Shown here one piece after another: positions 1 to 16,505 of a DNA stretch of 64,000 nt. The notes beneath the pieces were generated by a model, which worked only from the letters and a program-made list of their open reading frames with translations, was not told where the DNA came from and searched no databases. Numbering within the stretch: the stretch's first letter is position 1; the number at the start of each line of letters is the position of its first letter. This stretch comes from Candidatus Eiseniibacteriota bacterium (GTDB lineage: Bacteria > Eisenbacteria > RBG-16-71-46 > CAVPCR01), in NCBI GenBank assembly GCA_963702435.1, contig CAVPCR010000001.1:224001-288000 (forward strand), in the 5' to 3' direction. The position numbers and the translations under genes are program-made.

Positions 1-157
1 CCGTGGCGAACCCCTCGAGGTCCGCCAGCGATGCATTCATGATCTCGACGTTCGACTGCTCCGAGTCTTCCCCGTCGCCGCAGCCGGCGGCGAGCAGGAC
101 GAGCGCAACCAGACAGGCGGGGGTGAGGACACCCGGCGCGGCAAAGCGGGACTTCAT
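1..157 (-). CDS. Putative lipoprotein, 5' part only (runs off the left edge)
   Basis: ATG at 157 with a GGAGG SD at 163-167. Manual translation MKSRFAAPGVLTPACLVALVLLAAGCGDGEDSEQ... contains a lipobox (LAAGC). Confidence 0.65.
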   Translation of the reverse strand, partial: MKSRFAAPGVLTPACLVALVLLAAGCGDGEDSEQSNVEIMNASLADLEGFAT

Positions 158-282
158 GGCAACCTCCTGGGTTCGGCCCGGAACGGCGGCAGGCGCGCGG
201 CGGACGGCCGCGGCGCGCGACGACTCACGGGGGTTATCGGCCGGGGCGGGCGTGACCTTGAGAAGGAGCCCGGCGGACTGTG

Positions 283-591
283 TTACTTCCCGGGCACGCC
301 GAGCCAGCCGCGCGAGAAGTAGTCGCTCATCAGAATCAAGATCAGGAGGACGAGCCAGATGAATCCCGACACCACCACGAGCCAGGTGAGCCGGGTCGCG
401 TAGCGGACGTGCATGAAGAAGAGGATGACGAGCGTCATCTTGATGACCGCGATGGTGAGCGCGATCACGTTGTTGAGCGCCCCGAAGTCCTGGAAGGCGA
501 CCCAGATGGTGGTCGCCGTGAGCGCCATCAGGATCGCGAAGATGAGCACGTAGGTGCGGACCGGAACGACGTGCACCGCGGACTGGGACAT
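283..591 (-). CDS. ctaF: Cytochrome c oxidase subunit IV (CtaF/CyoD family)
   Basis: 102 aa, three TM helices, IAVIKMTLVILFFMHVRY motif; last gene of the cox operon. Confidence 0.88.
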   Translation of the reverse strand: MSQSAVHVVPVRTYVLIFAILMALTATTIWVAFQDFGALNNVIALTIAVIKMTLVILFFMHVRYATRLTWLVVVSGFIWLVLLILILMSDYFSRGWLGVPGK

Positions 592-604
592 GACTCCTGC
601 GCTC

Positions 605-2996
<2,392 letters not shown>

Positions 2997-3013
2997 CGAG
3001 TTATCTTCCGCCT

Positions 3014-3982
<969 letters not shown>

Positions 3983-3984
3983 CG

Positions 3985-4857
3985 CTAGCTCAACCTCGTC
4001 GGCGCCGGGGCGACCCGCGCGCCCGCGCGCGTCCGGCGATCGCGGCGCCACGACCCGATCATGAACAGCGCGATCGCGGCGAGCGTCAGGACACCGCCGG
4101 CCCGGATGCCGTTCACCACGGCCGCTCCGTACGTGCCGGTCTCCGGGTCATAGTGGAAGCAGAAGAGAAGGACCTGATCGACGAAGCTCCCGATCTTCCC
4201 GGCCGAGGCCTCGACCAGGGCGAGGCGGATGTCCTTGGGCGCGTACTCGATGCCGAAGAGATAGCGCGAGATCTGACCCTGCGGCGTCAGCACCATGATC
4301 CCCGCCGCGTGCGCGTACTGGTTCGACGCGGCGTCGTAGCGGTAGCGGAAACCCACGGCGCCGGTCAGCGCCGCGATGGCCGGCTCGTCCCCGGTCAGGA
4401 AGTGCCAGCCCGCGGCCGCACCGGGTCGCCCGAGGAGCTCGACGTAGTTCGCCTTCTTCCTGGCGGCGAGGTCCGGCTTCTCGCGCGGGTCGAAGCTCAC
4501 GGTCACGATCTCGAAGTCCTCGCCCGGCGCGAACGGCACCGCCTTGAGTCCCGAGGTGACCCCGTTCAGGACCAGCGTGCAGAGCATCGGGCACTCGTAG
4601 TAGGAGAGCGTGAGGAGGACCGGGCGCTGCCCGAAGTACCGGCCGAGCTGGACCTCGGCCCCGGTCTCGTCGCGAAAGACGAGATCGAGCGGCACCTGGG
4701 CCCCGAGCTTCTGATCGAAGCCGACCCCCGCGAGCTCGGGCGGCAGGTTCGCCTCGGTCGACGGCGGCTCCGGCCGCTCCCCCATGCCGGGGATGGCGAA
4801 GGCGCTGAACGCGAGACCGAGACTCGCCGCGAGGAGGAGGACCAGCACGCGCTTCAT
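3985..4857 (-). CDS. SCO/SenC family copper chaperone
   Basis: Signal peptide, CPMLC (CxxxC), YAHAAG, C-terminal TM; lies between the act and cox genes. Confidence 0.88.
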   Translation of the reverse strand: MKRVLVLLLAASLGLAFSAFAIPGMGERPEPPSTEANLPPELAGVGFDQKLGAQVPLDLVFRDETGAEVQLGRYFGQRPVLLTLSYYECPMLCTLVLNGVTSGLKAVPFAPGEDFEIVTVSFDPREKPDLAARKKANYVELLGRPGAAAGWHFLTGDEPAIAALTGAVGFRYRYDAASNQYAHAAGIMVLTPQGQISRYLFGIEYAPKDIRLALVEASAGKIGSFVDQVLLFCFHYDPETGTYGAAVVNGIRAGGVLTLAAIALFMIGSWRRDRRTRAGARVAPAPTRLS

Positions 4858-5309
4858 GGCTTCTCCGCTGCGACCGGCGCCGCCGCCGCTGCTGCCGGCG
4901 GCGCCGCGACCGGCGGCAAGCCGCGCTCGGCGATCAAGGCCATCGCCTGCTCGATCGGGATCCGCACGCGGCCCGCCGCGCGGTCCACCCACGCGTAGCC
5001 CGCGAGCGCCGCTCCTTCCTCGGCGCGGAAGGCGGCCATGTCCGCCTCCGGCGTCACCTGGAGGCGCGGCCCCGGCGGCGGCGGTGGTTGAGTGCGCTCG
5101 ACGATGGCGAGCGGCTTCGGATCGCGTGCCTCCTCGCGCGCGAGGAGGCCGCGGAAGAGGAACCACATGAGGACGGCCGAGACGAGCGTCGCCGCGGCCA
5201 CCGCGACGAGGAAGATGGCGATCGACCGGACATCGATCTCCCGGTCGATCCGGCCGGGCGCGTGCGAGTTCTCGGGCTCCCGCCGTGGTCGCGCGTTGTG
5301 CTCACGCAT
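4854..5309 (-). CDS. Single-TM membrane protein, ActG-like
   Basis: One TM, then PPGPRLQ and YAWVDRAAGRVRIPIEQAM; immediately downstream of actF. Confidence 0.7.
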   Translation of the reverse strand: MREHNARPRREPENSHAPGRIDREIDVRSIAIFLVAVAAATLVSAVLMWFLFRGLLAREEARDPKPLAIVERTQPPPPPGPRLQVTPEADMAAFRAEEGAALAGYAWVDRAAGRVRIPIEQAMALIAERGLPPVAAPPAAAAAAPVAAEKP

Positions 5310-6483
5310 GGCCGAGGACCTCCGCGAGCTGGGGATCGTTCACCGGAAGGAGGGACCGCTGCATGAGGAGCGTGATGAAGAAGGCGACCCACAGCCCCCC
5401 GATCCCGGCGAGGACCGCGAGATCGATCCAGTGGAACGGCGGGCCCACCTCGTGGAAGGGCGGCCGCAGCTGCCAGAGGTAGTCCACCCAGCGCATGGCG
5501 AGCACCAGCGTGGCGATCCAGGCCAGGATCCGGATCGAGCCCTTGGCCGTGCGCGTGATCAAGAGGACGAAGGGCAGCGCGAAGTGGAGGATCGCGAGCC
5601 CGAGGGCGAGCGTGCGCCAGTTCCCCTTCATCCGGTGCACGTACCAGGTGATCTCCTCCGGCAGGTTGCCGGACCAGATGATGATGAGCTGCGACACCGA
5701 GAAGTAGGCCCACAGCATGACGAAGGCGAACATCAGGTTGCCGTAGTCGAAGAAGTGCTTCTTCCGGAAAACGGTCGCGAGCGGCTCCCGCCCGGCGAGA
5801 TAGGCGGCGACCACGATCGTGAAGGCGATGGCCGCGAGCGCGGTCGTCCCGATGAAGTAGACGCCGTAGATGCTCGAGAACCAGTGCGGCTCGAGCGACA
5901 TCATCCAGTCGAACGCGAAGAAGCTCGCGACGAGCGAGTAGACGATGATCCCCGGGGCCGAGAGGTTCCGCATCTTCTTCCGGAGTTCGGGGTCGCCCGT
6001 CGCGTCCTGCGCGCTCGACCAGCGGGTGAGGAGATAGGTGAGGATGCCGAGGAGCGCCGCATAGACGATCGCGCGCAAGGCGAAGCTCTGCGCGTTCAGG
6101 TAGGGCGCCTTGTGCTGGAGGAGCTCGTCGTGCGCCACGTGCTCGGGCCGGGCCCACTCGTAGAGATGGTCGAGCCCGAGGACCACCGGCAGGCCGAGGA
6201 GGACGATGAGCGGAAGCGTGCGCGCGCCGGCCTCGAGCACGCGCCGGATCATGATCCCCCATCCCCCGCCGGTCAGATGGTGCAGCATCATGATCGCGAG
6301 GCAGCCGAACGGAATGGCGAGCCAGAAGACATAGCCGACGAGATACGAGCGGTAGAACTGCTCCCGGTCGGCCATCCCCCCGATCACGGCAAGGACGGCG
6401 CCGGCCACTCCGACGAGGAGGGCGGCGCCGCGGATGCGGCCGAGATCGGCCGGCGGCGTGAAGGTACTCGTCTGTGCGCTCAT
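5302..6483 (-). CDS. actF: Alternative complex III membrane subunit F
   Basis: Polytopic; FAFDWMMSLEPHWFSSIYG and QLIIIWSGNLPEE motifs. Start taken at MSAQT. Confidence 0.88.
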   Translation of the reverse strand: MSAQTSTFTPPADLGRIRGAALLVGVAGAVLAVIGGMADREQFYRSYLVGYVFWLAIPFGCLAIMMLHHLTGGGWGIMIRRVLEAGARTLPLIVLLGLPVVLGLDHLYEWARPEHVAHDELLQHKAPYLNAQSFALRAIVYAALLGILTYLLTRWSSAQDATGDPELRKKMRNLSAPGIIVYSLVASFFAFDWMMSLEPHWFSSIYGVYFIGTTALAAIAFTIVVAAYLAGREPLATVFRKKHFFDYGNLMFAFVMLWAYFSVSQLIIIWSGNLPEEITWYVHRMKGNWRTLALGLAILHFALPFVLLITRTAKGSIRILAWIATLVLAMRWVDYLWQLRPPFHEVGPPFHWIDLAVLAGIGGLWVAFFITLLMQRSLLPVNDPQLAEVLGHA

Positions 6484-6511
6484 CCTTCGCTCTTCCTGGT
6501 CTCTCGCCGCC

Positions 6512-7132
6512 TCAACGGCCGGCACCGGGCTCGGCCTCGAGCTCCCGGCGGACCTCGTCCGGCACGTCGTCGAGGGTCGCGTTCTGGCTCAGCTGGAGCA
6601 CCCGGATGTAGGCGGCGATCGCCCAGCGATCGCCCGCCGGCACCTGGGCGGCGTAGCTCGGCATCTTGGCGAACCCGTTGGTCATCACGTCGAAGAAGTA
6701 GCCCGGCCGCGCCTGGCGGAGGCGATCGATGTGGAGCGAGGGTGGCTGCTTGTAGCCGCGGCGCACCACCATGCCGAGCCCGTTCCCCGCCTGGTCGTGG
6801 CACGGGGCGCAGTAGATGTTGTAGCGCTCGCGCCCGCGCGCGAGGAGCTCCTCGTCCACCGGGAGCGGGAAGCTCGCGGCGAGCTGGTCGCCCTCGATCC
6901 CGGTGTGGAAGGTGCGGTCCGCCTTGAGCTGGCCGCGAGCCACGGTTCCCGCCGGGATCGGGCGCGCGCCGACGCCATCGGCGAAGAAGCGCGACTTCTC
7001 GAGCGGATCGATCCGCGGCTGGTAGCGGAGGTCGCGGTGACAGCCGGTCGATCCGACGGCGACGGCGGCCACGGCGATCGCGACGACCAGGACAGGGATG
7101 CGGCTCCGGGCGGATCTCGACTCAGCTCTCAA
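6512..7132 (-). CDS. actE: Alternative complex III monoheme cytochrome c lipoprotein subunit E
   Basis: Lipobox-like STGC, YNIYCAPCH, MPSYAAQV...RWAIAAYIRVLQLSQ. Start (TTG) uncertain. Confidence 0.88.
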   Translation of the reverse strand: MRAESRSARSRIPVLVVAIAVAAVAVGSTGCHRDLRYQPRIDPLEKSRFFADGVGARPIPAGTVARGQLKADRTFHTGIEGDQLAASFPLPVDEELLARGRERYNIYCAPCHDQAGNGLGMVVRRGYKQPPSLHIDRLRQARPGYFFDVMTNGFAKMPSYAAQVPAGDRWAIAAYIRVLQLSQNATLDDVPDEVRRELEAEPGAGR

Positions 7133-7663
7133 CTTCGGCGACCTCGCTTGGCCGGAGGCCTCTCAGGAACTGCTCGGTGCCGGCGCGCTCGAACCTGGGG
7201 TCGGCAGCCTCGATCGTGAGGAAGAAGCGGTCGCGCGTCACGCCGGCAAAACGCGCGTGATTGAACACCGGATGGTAGGGCTCGGGGAGCCCGCACAGGA
7301 CGAAGAGCCCGACGACGGTCGAGAGCGCGGCGAAGAGCACCGTCAGCTCGAAGGTGACGGGCACGAAGCTCGGCCAGCTGAAGTAGGGGCGCCCGCCGAT
7401 GTTGAGCGTGTAGAAGTGCTCGAATGATATCCACTGGAACATGAACCCGGCGAACCCGCCGACGGCGCCGCCGGTGAGCACGATCCAGGGGAGGCGGGAC
7501 GGCGGATGGCCGAGCGCCTCGCCGAGCCCCTCGATCGGGAACGGGCTGTACGCCTCGACCCGGCGGTAGCCGGCCGCGTGCGCCGCCGCCGCCGCATCGA
7601 TCAGCTCCTGGGCCGATCCGAACTCGGCGATCAGGCCGTGCCGGGTCTCCCGGCTCGCGTGCT

Positions 7664-7667
<4 letters not shown>
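7122..7667 (-). CDS. actD: Alternative complex III subunit D (DUF3341)
   Basis: EAYSPFPI and IGGRPYFSWPSFVPVTFELTVL motifs. Confidence 0.9.
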
Positions 7668-12168
<4,501 letters not shown>

Positions 12169-12242
12169 GACTTGGGCTTCCTCTTTCGCGCGCGGTCGCC
12201 GGGCGCCCAGCCGCCCGCGATCCGCGCCGTTCCGGACCTGAG

Positions 12243-12893
12243 CTAGCGGTGACAGGTCGAGCAGTGCGTGAGGCTCTTGATCTTGTACTCCTGGACCAGA
12301 GCCCGGCGCAGGCTGTCCGCGTCGGCCGGCGGCTGCCAGGTGAGGTTGAAGACCTCGGCCCGCGGCCGCACGTGCTGCTCGGGGTTACGGTGGCAAGCGA
12401 GACACCACTCCATGCGGAGCGAGGCGTCCTGCCATATGAGCGGCATCTTGTCCACGCGCCCGTGGCAGGTGACACAACCCATGCCCTTGGCCACGTGGAT
12501 CGAGTGATCGAAGTACACGTAATCGGCGAGATTGTGCACGCGGGTCCATTCGATCGGCTTCCCGGTGCGGTAGCTCTCGCGGACCGGTGCGAGCATCGGA
12601 CTCTCGGACCAGATCTGCGTGTGGCAGTTCATGCAGGTCGCCGTCGGCGGCATGCCGGCGAACCCCGCGCTCTCGACCGAGGCGTGGCAGTAGCGGCAAT
12701 CGATGCCGATCGCGCCGACGTGGTGGTCGTGGCTGAAGGGCACCGGCTGGGTGAGGATGGCGTCCTCGCCGGTCGTGTAGCCCGACCGATCGACGGCGTA
12801 GACCGCGTAGGCCACGGCGGCCAGGAGGGCGCCGACGACCACGACGGACGCCTTCGCCAGGGCGTTGGAGCTCGAAGGAAAAAGCTGTGCCAT
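12243..12893 (-). CDS. actA: Alternative complex III pentaheme cytochrome c subunit A
   Basis: MAQLF start, N-terminal TM, five CxxCH motifs (CRYCH, CMNCH, CVTCH, CLACH, CSTCH). Confidence 0.93.
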   Translation of the reverse strand: MAQLFPSSSNALAKASVVVVGALLAAVAYAVYAVDRSGYTTGEDAILTQPVPFSHDHHVGAIGIDCRYCHASVESAGFAGMPPTATCMNCHTQIWSESPMLAPVRESYRTGKPIEWTRVHNLADYVYFDHSIHVAKGMGCVTCHGRVDKMPLIWQDASLRMEWCLACHRNPEQHVRPRAEVFNLTWQPPADADSLRRALVQEYKIKSLTHCSTCHR

Positions 12894-13029
12894 GAATGAG
12901 TTGGAGCGTGGGGGCGGCACCGCCCGGGTGACATGGAGCGGCGCCCAAGCCTGGTCAAGATCAAGAACGGCGAAGGCTAGCACCGGCTTCGCGGGGGATG
13001 CAAGCCCCGTCTCGGCACCCGCCGGCGCG

Positions 13030-13195
13030 GGGCCGGGGGCGGTGTGGGGCCGGGGGCGGCCGGTGCGGGGGCGGCGCGGTCGGCGGCGGTGGGGCGCGGG
13101 CGGGCGGCCGGTGCGGGGGCGGCGCGGTCGGCGGCCGGTGCGGCGGCGGTGGGGCGCGGGCGGGCGGCCGGTGCGGGGGCGGCGCCGGCCGGGAC
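13030..13195. repeat. G-rich imperfect tandem repeat (~47-60 bp unit)
   Basis: ggcggccggtgcgggggcggcgc recurs at ~13056, ~13103 and ~13163; strongly G-skewed on the + strand. Confidence 0.6.
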
Positions 13196-13269
13196 GCTGA
13201 CGCCGGGCTCCTCGCACCGAGGCTTCAGGGGGCGGCGGGAGTCGGCCCGAAGGCGGCGGCCGGCGGCGG

Positions 13270-13520
13270 AGCGGATGTGAGCCCCCGTACCGCGAGCGCG
13301 AGGAGCCAGCGCTTCTCCCGGGGGACCAGGCCGGCGAGTCCGAGCATCGAGCCGCTCCCCTCACCGATCGTGGTGAGTATCTCGCCAGCCGAGCCAGCCG
13401 GCCACCGGGCCGTCGCCCGCCCCGCACGTCCCGTAGCAGGGAGCGCAGTAGATGGCGAAAAGCTCCGCGCCGCGAGCCCGGTTGCCGGCCGTGTCCGGGA
13501 TCGGGTTCAGAACGAGCGCC
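13270..13520 (-). pseudogene. Decayed ActE-like monoheme cytochrome c remnant
   Basis: NPIPDTAGNRARGAELFAIYCAPCYG (CxxCY instead of CxxCH), then after a frameshift GEILTTIGEGSGSMLGLAGLVPREKRWLLALAVR, which resembles the ActE C-terminus. No start codon. Confidence 0.55.
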
Positions 13521-13524
13521 GGAG

Positions 13525-13723
13525 TCCATCTTCTGGTTGGGGGGAGTATCGAAGACGTCGAAGAGAACCTCGCGCCCGGGTGTGAACTCCGTCGAAAGGG
13601 CCGCCGCAAGCAGGCTCGTGACCTGCGAGCCGAACCGCCGAGGATCGGGATAGCAACTCCGACGACCGAGCCATCCGCGAACGTGGGCAGGAGAACCAGA
13701 GTTCGTGAACGACGAGTCATCAC
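13525..13723 (-). pseudogene. Truncated, frameshifted cassette gene (secreted, possibly cupin-like)
   Basis: Starts ~25 bp after the last attC. Signal-like MTRRSRTLVLLPTF...VAIPIL, then in another frame QVTSLLAAALSTEFTPGREVLFDVFDTPPNQKMD, and breaks off at the cytochrome remnant. Confidence 0.35.
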
Positions 13724-13747
13724 GAGCCCATGCTGGTTGCCGGTACC

Positions 13748-13854
13748 AGCTAACGCCCAGGCTCAGCGGCGGGCCGCGCAGCGGCGCAAGTGTCAACGCC
13801 CGTAGAGCCGCAACCGTGGCGCGTCGCTCGTCGGTCTGCAGCGGCCTGCTTGCT
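13748..13854 (-). other. attC recombination site (degenerate R'')
   Basis: + strand reads AGCTAAC GCCCAGGCTCAGCGG...GTCTGCAGCGGCCT GCTTGCT; R' on the minus strand is GTTAGCT. Confidence 0.65.
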
Positions 13855-13909
13855 GCATACTGCCACCTCTGGCGCCGCCGGCTGGTTGATGAGGTTGTCA
13901 GATGGCCGA

Positions 13910-14392
13910 CTACTTCTCCTTCGTGAACTGTTCTTCCTCGTCAAGCAACTTGGGGTTCTGCAAGCTGCTCTGCAAAAGGCTCTGCACCCTGGCGGAGTCC
14001 TTGGTGTCCGTAGGAATCACCGCCTCATTGACGCTGCGCACGCCAAGTCGATTGCCATCTGCAGAAACAGTGTAGGTGAGGTAGACGAACTTGCGCTTGT
14101 CCGAGTCAATATCTTGGGCGCTGATGAATGAAGTCCCGGCCACGTCGGAATGAAAAGCGCGAAACAAGTCGCCATCGAGGGAACCTACGTAGGTGGAATC
14201 GTCCAACCTCCGCACCTTCATCTTCTCCTTTCCATCCTTGGAGATCCAGTTACCCAGAAGCCGTTCGTCAAGCTCACGGGTCGGGCCCTCTGTAATGGGA
14301 ACGTCATAGTCGCATCCACTGATCACGAAAAAGCCGAGAGTGGCAAAGAATGCAACGGCGAGTTGTTTAGTAGCCGGTCTCAGTGTGCTCAT
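13910..14392 (-). CDS. Cassette-borne hypothetical lipoprotein
   Basis: 160 aa, lipobox ISGC, AAAGGA SD upstream, flanked by attC sites, lower GC. Confidence 0.8.
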   Translation of the reverse strand: MSTLRPATKQLAVAFFATLGFFVISGCDYDVPITEGPTRELDERLLGNWISKDGKEKMKVRRLDDSTYVGSLDGDLFRAFHSDVAGTSFISAQDIDSDKRKFVYLTYTVSADGNRLGVRSVNEAVIPTDTKDSARVQSLLQSSLQNPKLLDEEEQFTKEK

Positions 14393-14436
14393 GTGTTGTT
14401 TCCTTTCGCGGTCACGAATGTGATCGGAACGCTGCC

Positions 14437-14567
14437 AGCTAACGGCCTCGAGCTAAGCTGCCCGGCTGACGCGGGCATACCAGCCGGGATTCTCCGCAAG
14501 GCTGGCCGGCATGGCAAGCTGCCCCGAAAGCGACGCCCGCCGGGTCAGCTTCAGCGCGTTGTTGGGC
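14437..14567 (-). other. attC recombination site
   Basis: Minus strand reads GCCCAAC AACGCGCTGAAGCTGACCCGG...CCGGGCAGCTTAGCTCGAGGCC GTTAGCT; 131-bp imperfect palindrome. Confidence 0.85.
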
Positions 14568-14599
14568 AGCGGGAGGCCCGGGTGGACACGGGATTCGGC

Positions 14600-15049
14600 T
14601 TAAGGCCGCCGGCAGTACTCCCGAGTCGGGGACACTAGAGTAGTGACCAGGATGCTCAGGCCAAGGAAGGCTGTGAACCACTGGATGGGCGCAGAGAAAC
14701 CAATGAGGAAGGCTTGTATCGCAAGCCACAGTGCCAAGCCGAGTCCCAGGACAAGCGACGCTACCCACGCCCAGTGCTTATTGCTCCAGACCACCAACGG
14801 ATCAAGCGTTTTCCATCGCGGGCGGACGAGGAGGCCATACACAAGAACAAGGGGGAAGATGCACATGACCACAAGCAAGAAGATGCCCGGGAGCGTGTAG
14901 TCTGGAACGGGCAATCGCTCCAGCTCGTCGGCCATGCCCATGCCTGAGCCCGAAGGATCGGAGAGGAACCCATAGGCTCCAGCCAGCCCGCCCAACGCGA
15001 GGACTACGAGTGTTGCGACAAGCAACCATATGGATACCGGGCGTCTAAT
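14600..15049 (-). CDS. Cassette-borne 4-TM membrane protein
   Basis: Hydrophobic ORF (LGGLAGAYGFLSDPSG...DYTLPGIFL...WLAIQ). The SD points to an ATT at 15049; the next alternative start is TTG at 15025. Confidence 0.75.
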   Translation of the reverse strand: MRRPVSIWLLVATLVVLALGGLAGAYGFLSDPSGSGMGMADELERLPVPDYTLPGIFLLVVMCIFPLVLVYGLLVRPRWKTLDPLVVWSNKHWAWVASLVLGLGLALWLAIQAFLIGFSAPIQWFTAFLGLSILVTTLVSPTREYCRRP

Positions 15050-15091
15050 CTACCACCTCCTATGCAGCCGGAAGTTCGCTGCTTCGCTTGG

Positions 15092-15100
15092 ATCATACCA
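15092..15100 (-). promoter_or_regulatory. Putative extended -10 promoter inside the cassette
   Basis: TGGTATGAT (TGnTATGAT), ~30 bp upstream of the AGGAGG SD. Confidence 0.35.
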
Positions 15101-15233
15101 TCGAGGGGCCGCCCGATACCCGCAGCGATTCATGCCGTGCCGGGTTCCCTTCGTTCGTGTGATCGGTGCTGTGAGGATCTGCGGCACTCACTCTCAGTTT
15201 ACGCTGCTGACGCGGCACGAATGTTTCCGGTAG

Positions 15234-15345
15234 GCCTAGCGCCAGGCATTAGCGGCGGGCGCCTCGGCTGAGCCCGTTCCTCCGAAGGGCGTTCACCTTC
15301 CTACCCTCAACGCCGGCACCCGTCCGCTGCATGCCCTTGTTGGGC
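15234..15345 (-). other. attC recombination site (R' mutated to GCTAGGC)
   Basis: Minus strand reads GCCCAAC AAGGGCATGCAGCGGACGGG...CCCGCCGCTAATGCCTGGC GCTAGGC. Confidence 0.8.
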
Positions 15346-15418
15346 TGCCGGCCGTCAGGATTCCGCTTCACGACACCTTCTTCTCGGACCTCACCTTCCG
15401 AAAAGACTGGCGCACCGC

Positions 15419-15544
15419 CTAGCGGCCGCTCTTCGCTTGCTGTTCCCGCCGCGCGTCCGCCAGCTTCTCCACGTCGTAGCCGTACTCGCGGGCGACCGCG
15501 TCACGACCCGCGCGCATCTCGTCGACGACTGGATCACAGGACAT
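15419..15544 (-). CDS. Small protein resembling partners of PIN-domain toxins (possible orphan antitoxin, possibly truncated)
   Basis: Manual translation MSCDPVVDEMRAGRDAVAREYGYDVEKLADARREQQAKSGR*. The frame stays open past the TAG to a TGA at 15368. Confidence 0.5.
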   Translation of the reverse strand: MSCDPVVDEMRAGRDAVAREYGYDVEKLADARREQQAKSGR

Positions 15545-15575
15545 CGGTGGTCTCGCTCGTCAGATCAGGAGGCTC

Positions 15576-16307
15576 CTACCACGGCACGCGCTCGCCCTTG
15601 TGACGCAGCTGGCCGTGCGGGAATTGCTCACGGGCGATAGTCACGAGCTCGACGACCGTACGCGCGCCCTCGTCGACTTCCATAGGCGCAGCCTGGGTTC
15701 CGAGATCGGTCTTCACCCACCCGGGATGGGCGGCAGCGACCGCGATCCCTTTGCTCGCCAGCGTCTTCGATTGAATCAGCGTCAGCATGTCGAGCCCGGC
15801 CTTTGAGGTCGAGTACCCGATGGTCATGAAGCCCCCGACATGCTCCCACATGCCCTCGGCGGCCCCCATTGAACCGAGCATCGACGAGTGGTTGATAACC
15901 CGCGCGTCGTCACTGCGTGAAAGGAGCGGCACGAGGGCCTCGGTGATCGCGTAGGGAGCGATGAGGTTCACCTCGAGCGTGCGGCGGATCTTGTCGGCGT
16001 TGGTCGGCTTCCCGTCCCACTCGAGGGCGATCCCGGCGTTGTTCACGAGCACATCCAGCCTGCCGAACGTCCTCTCGAGATAGCTCACGAGGCTGGCGAT
16101 GTGGTCGGGATTGGTGACCTCGAGACGAACCGTGTGGGCGTCGCACCCCGCAGCCACGAGTTCCGCAGCGGCCGCGCCCCCGGCCTGCTCGTCCCTCGCC
16201 GTGAGGACCACCGTGTATCCGAGCGCGCCCAACTGCCGACCGATCTCCCTGCCCAAGCCCTTGTTCGCCCCCGTGATGAGCACTACCTTGCCGTTCTTCG
16301 TCGCCAT
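15576..16307 (-). CDS. SDR family NAD(P)-dependent oxidoreductase (cassette)
   Basis: TGANKGLG, LDVLVNNAG, YSTSK and HPGWVKTDL motifs. Confidence 0.92.
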   Translation of the reverse strand: MATKNGKVVLITGANKGLGREIGRQLGALGYTVVLTARDEQAGGAAAAELVAAGCDAHTVRLEVTNPDHIASLVSYLERTFGRLDVLVNNAGIALEWDGKPTNADKIRRTLEVNLIAPYAITEALVPLLSRSDDARVINHSSMLGSMGAAEGMWEHVGGFMTIGYSTSKAGLDMLTLIQSKTLASKGIAVAAAHPGWVKTDLGTQAAPMEVDEGARTVVELVTIAREQFPHGQLRHKGERVPW

Positions 16308-16409
16308 CGCTTGCGTTCTCCTGACTGCCAAGTGGTGTGTTCTCCCGTCGAGCGCGAAGGCGTAGCCACCCTCGCGCGCAGGAGTGGAATCTGGGCACGC
16401 CGCCAGTCC

Positions 16410-16467
16410 GCCCAACGCTCCGGTTCAGCGGCGGCGGAACGCCGTCCGCTGCAACCGGTTGATAGGC
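16410..16467 (-). other. attC recombination site (short, 58 bp)
   Basis: Minus strand reads GCCTATC AACCGGTTGCAGCGGACGGCG TTC CGCCGCCGCTGAACCGGAGC GTTGGGC. Confidence 0.85.
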
Positions 16468-16505
16468 GGTGATGAGGTACTCTGGCACGGCCAAACACAC
16501 GCCGT

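Noticed and set aside
12894..13796. 300-aa N-terminal extension of ActA in the ORF track
   Set aside because: It runs through G-rich repeats, pseudogene fragments and an attC site; MAQLF is the typical start.
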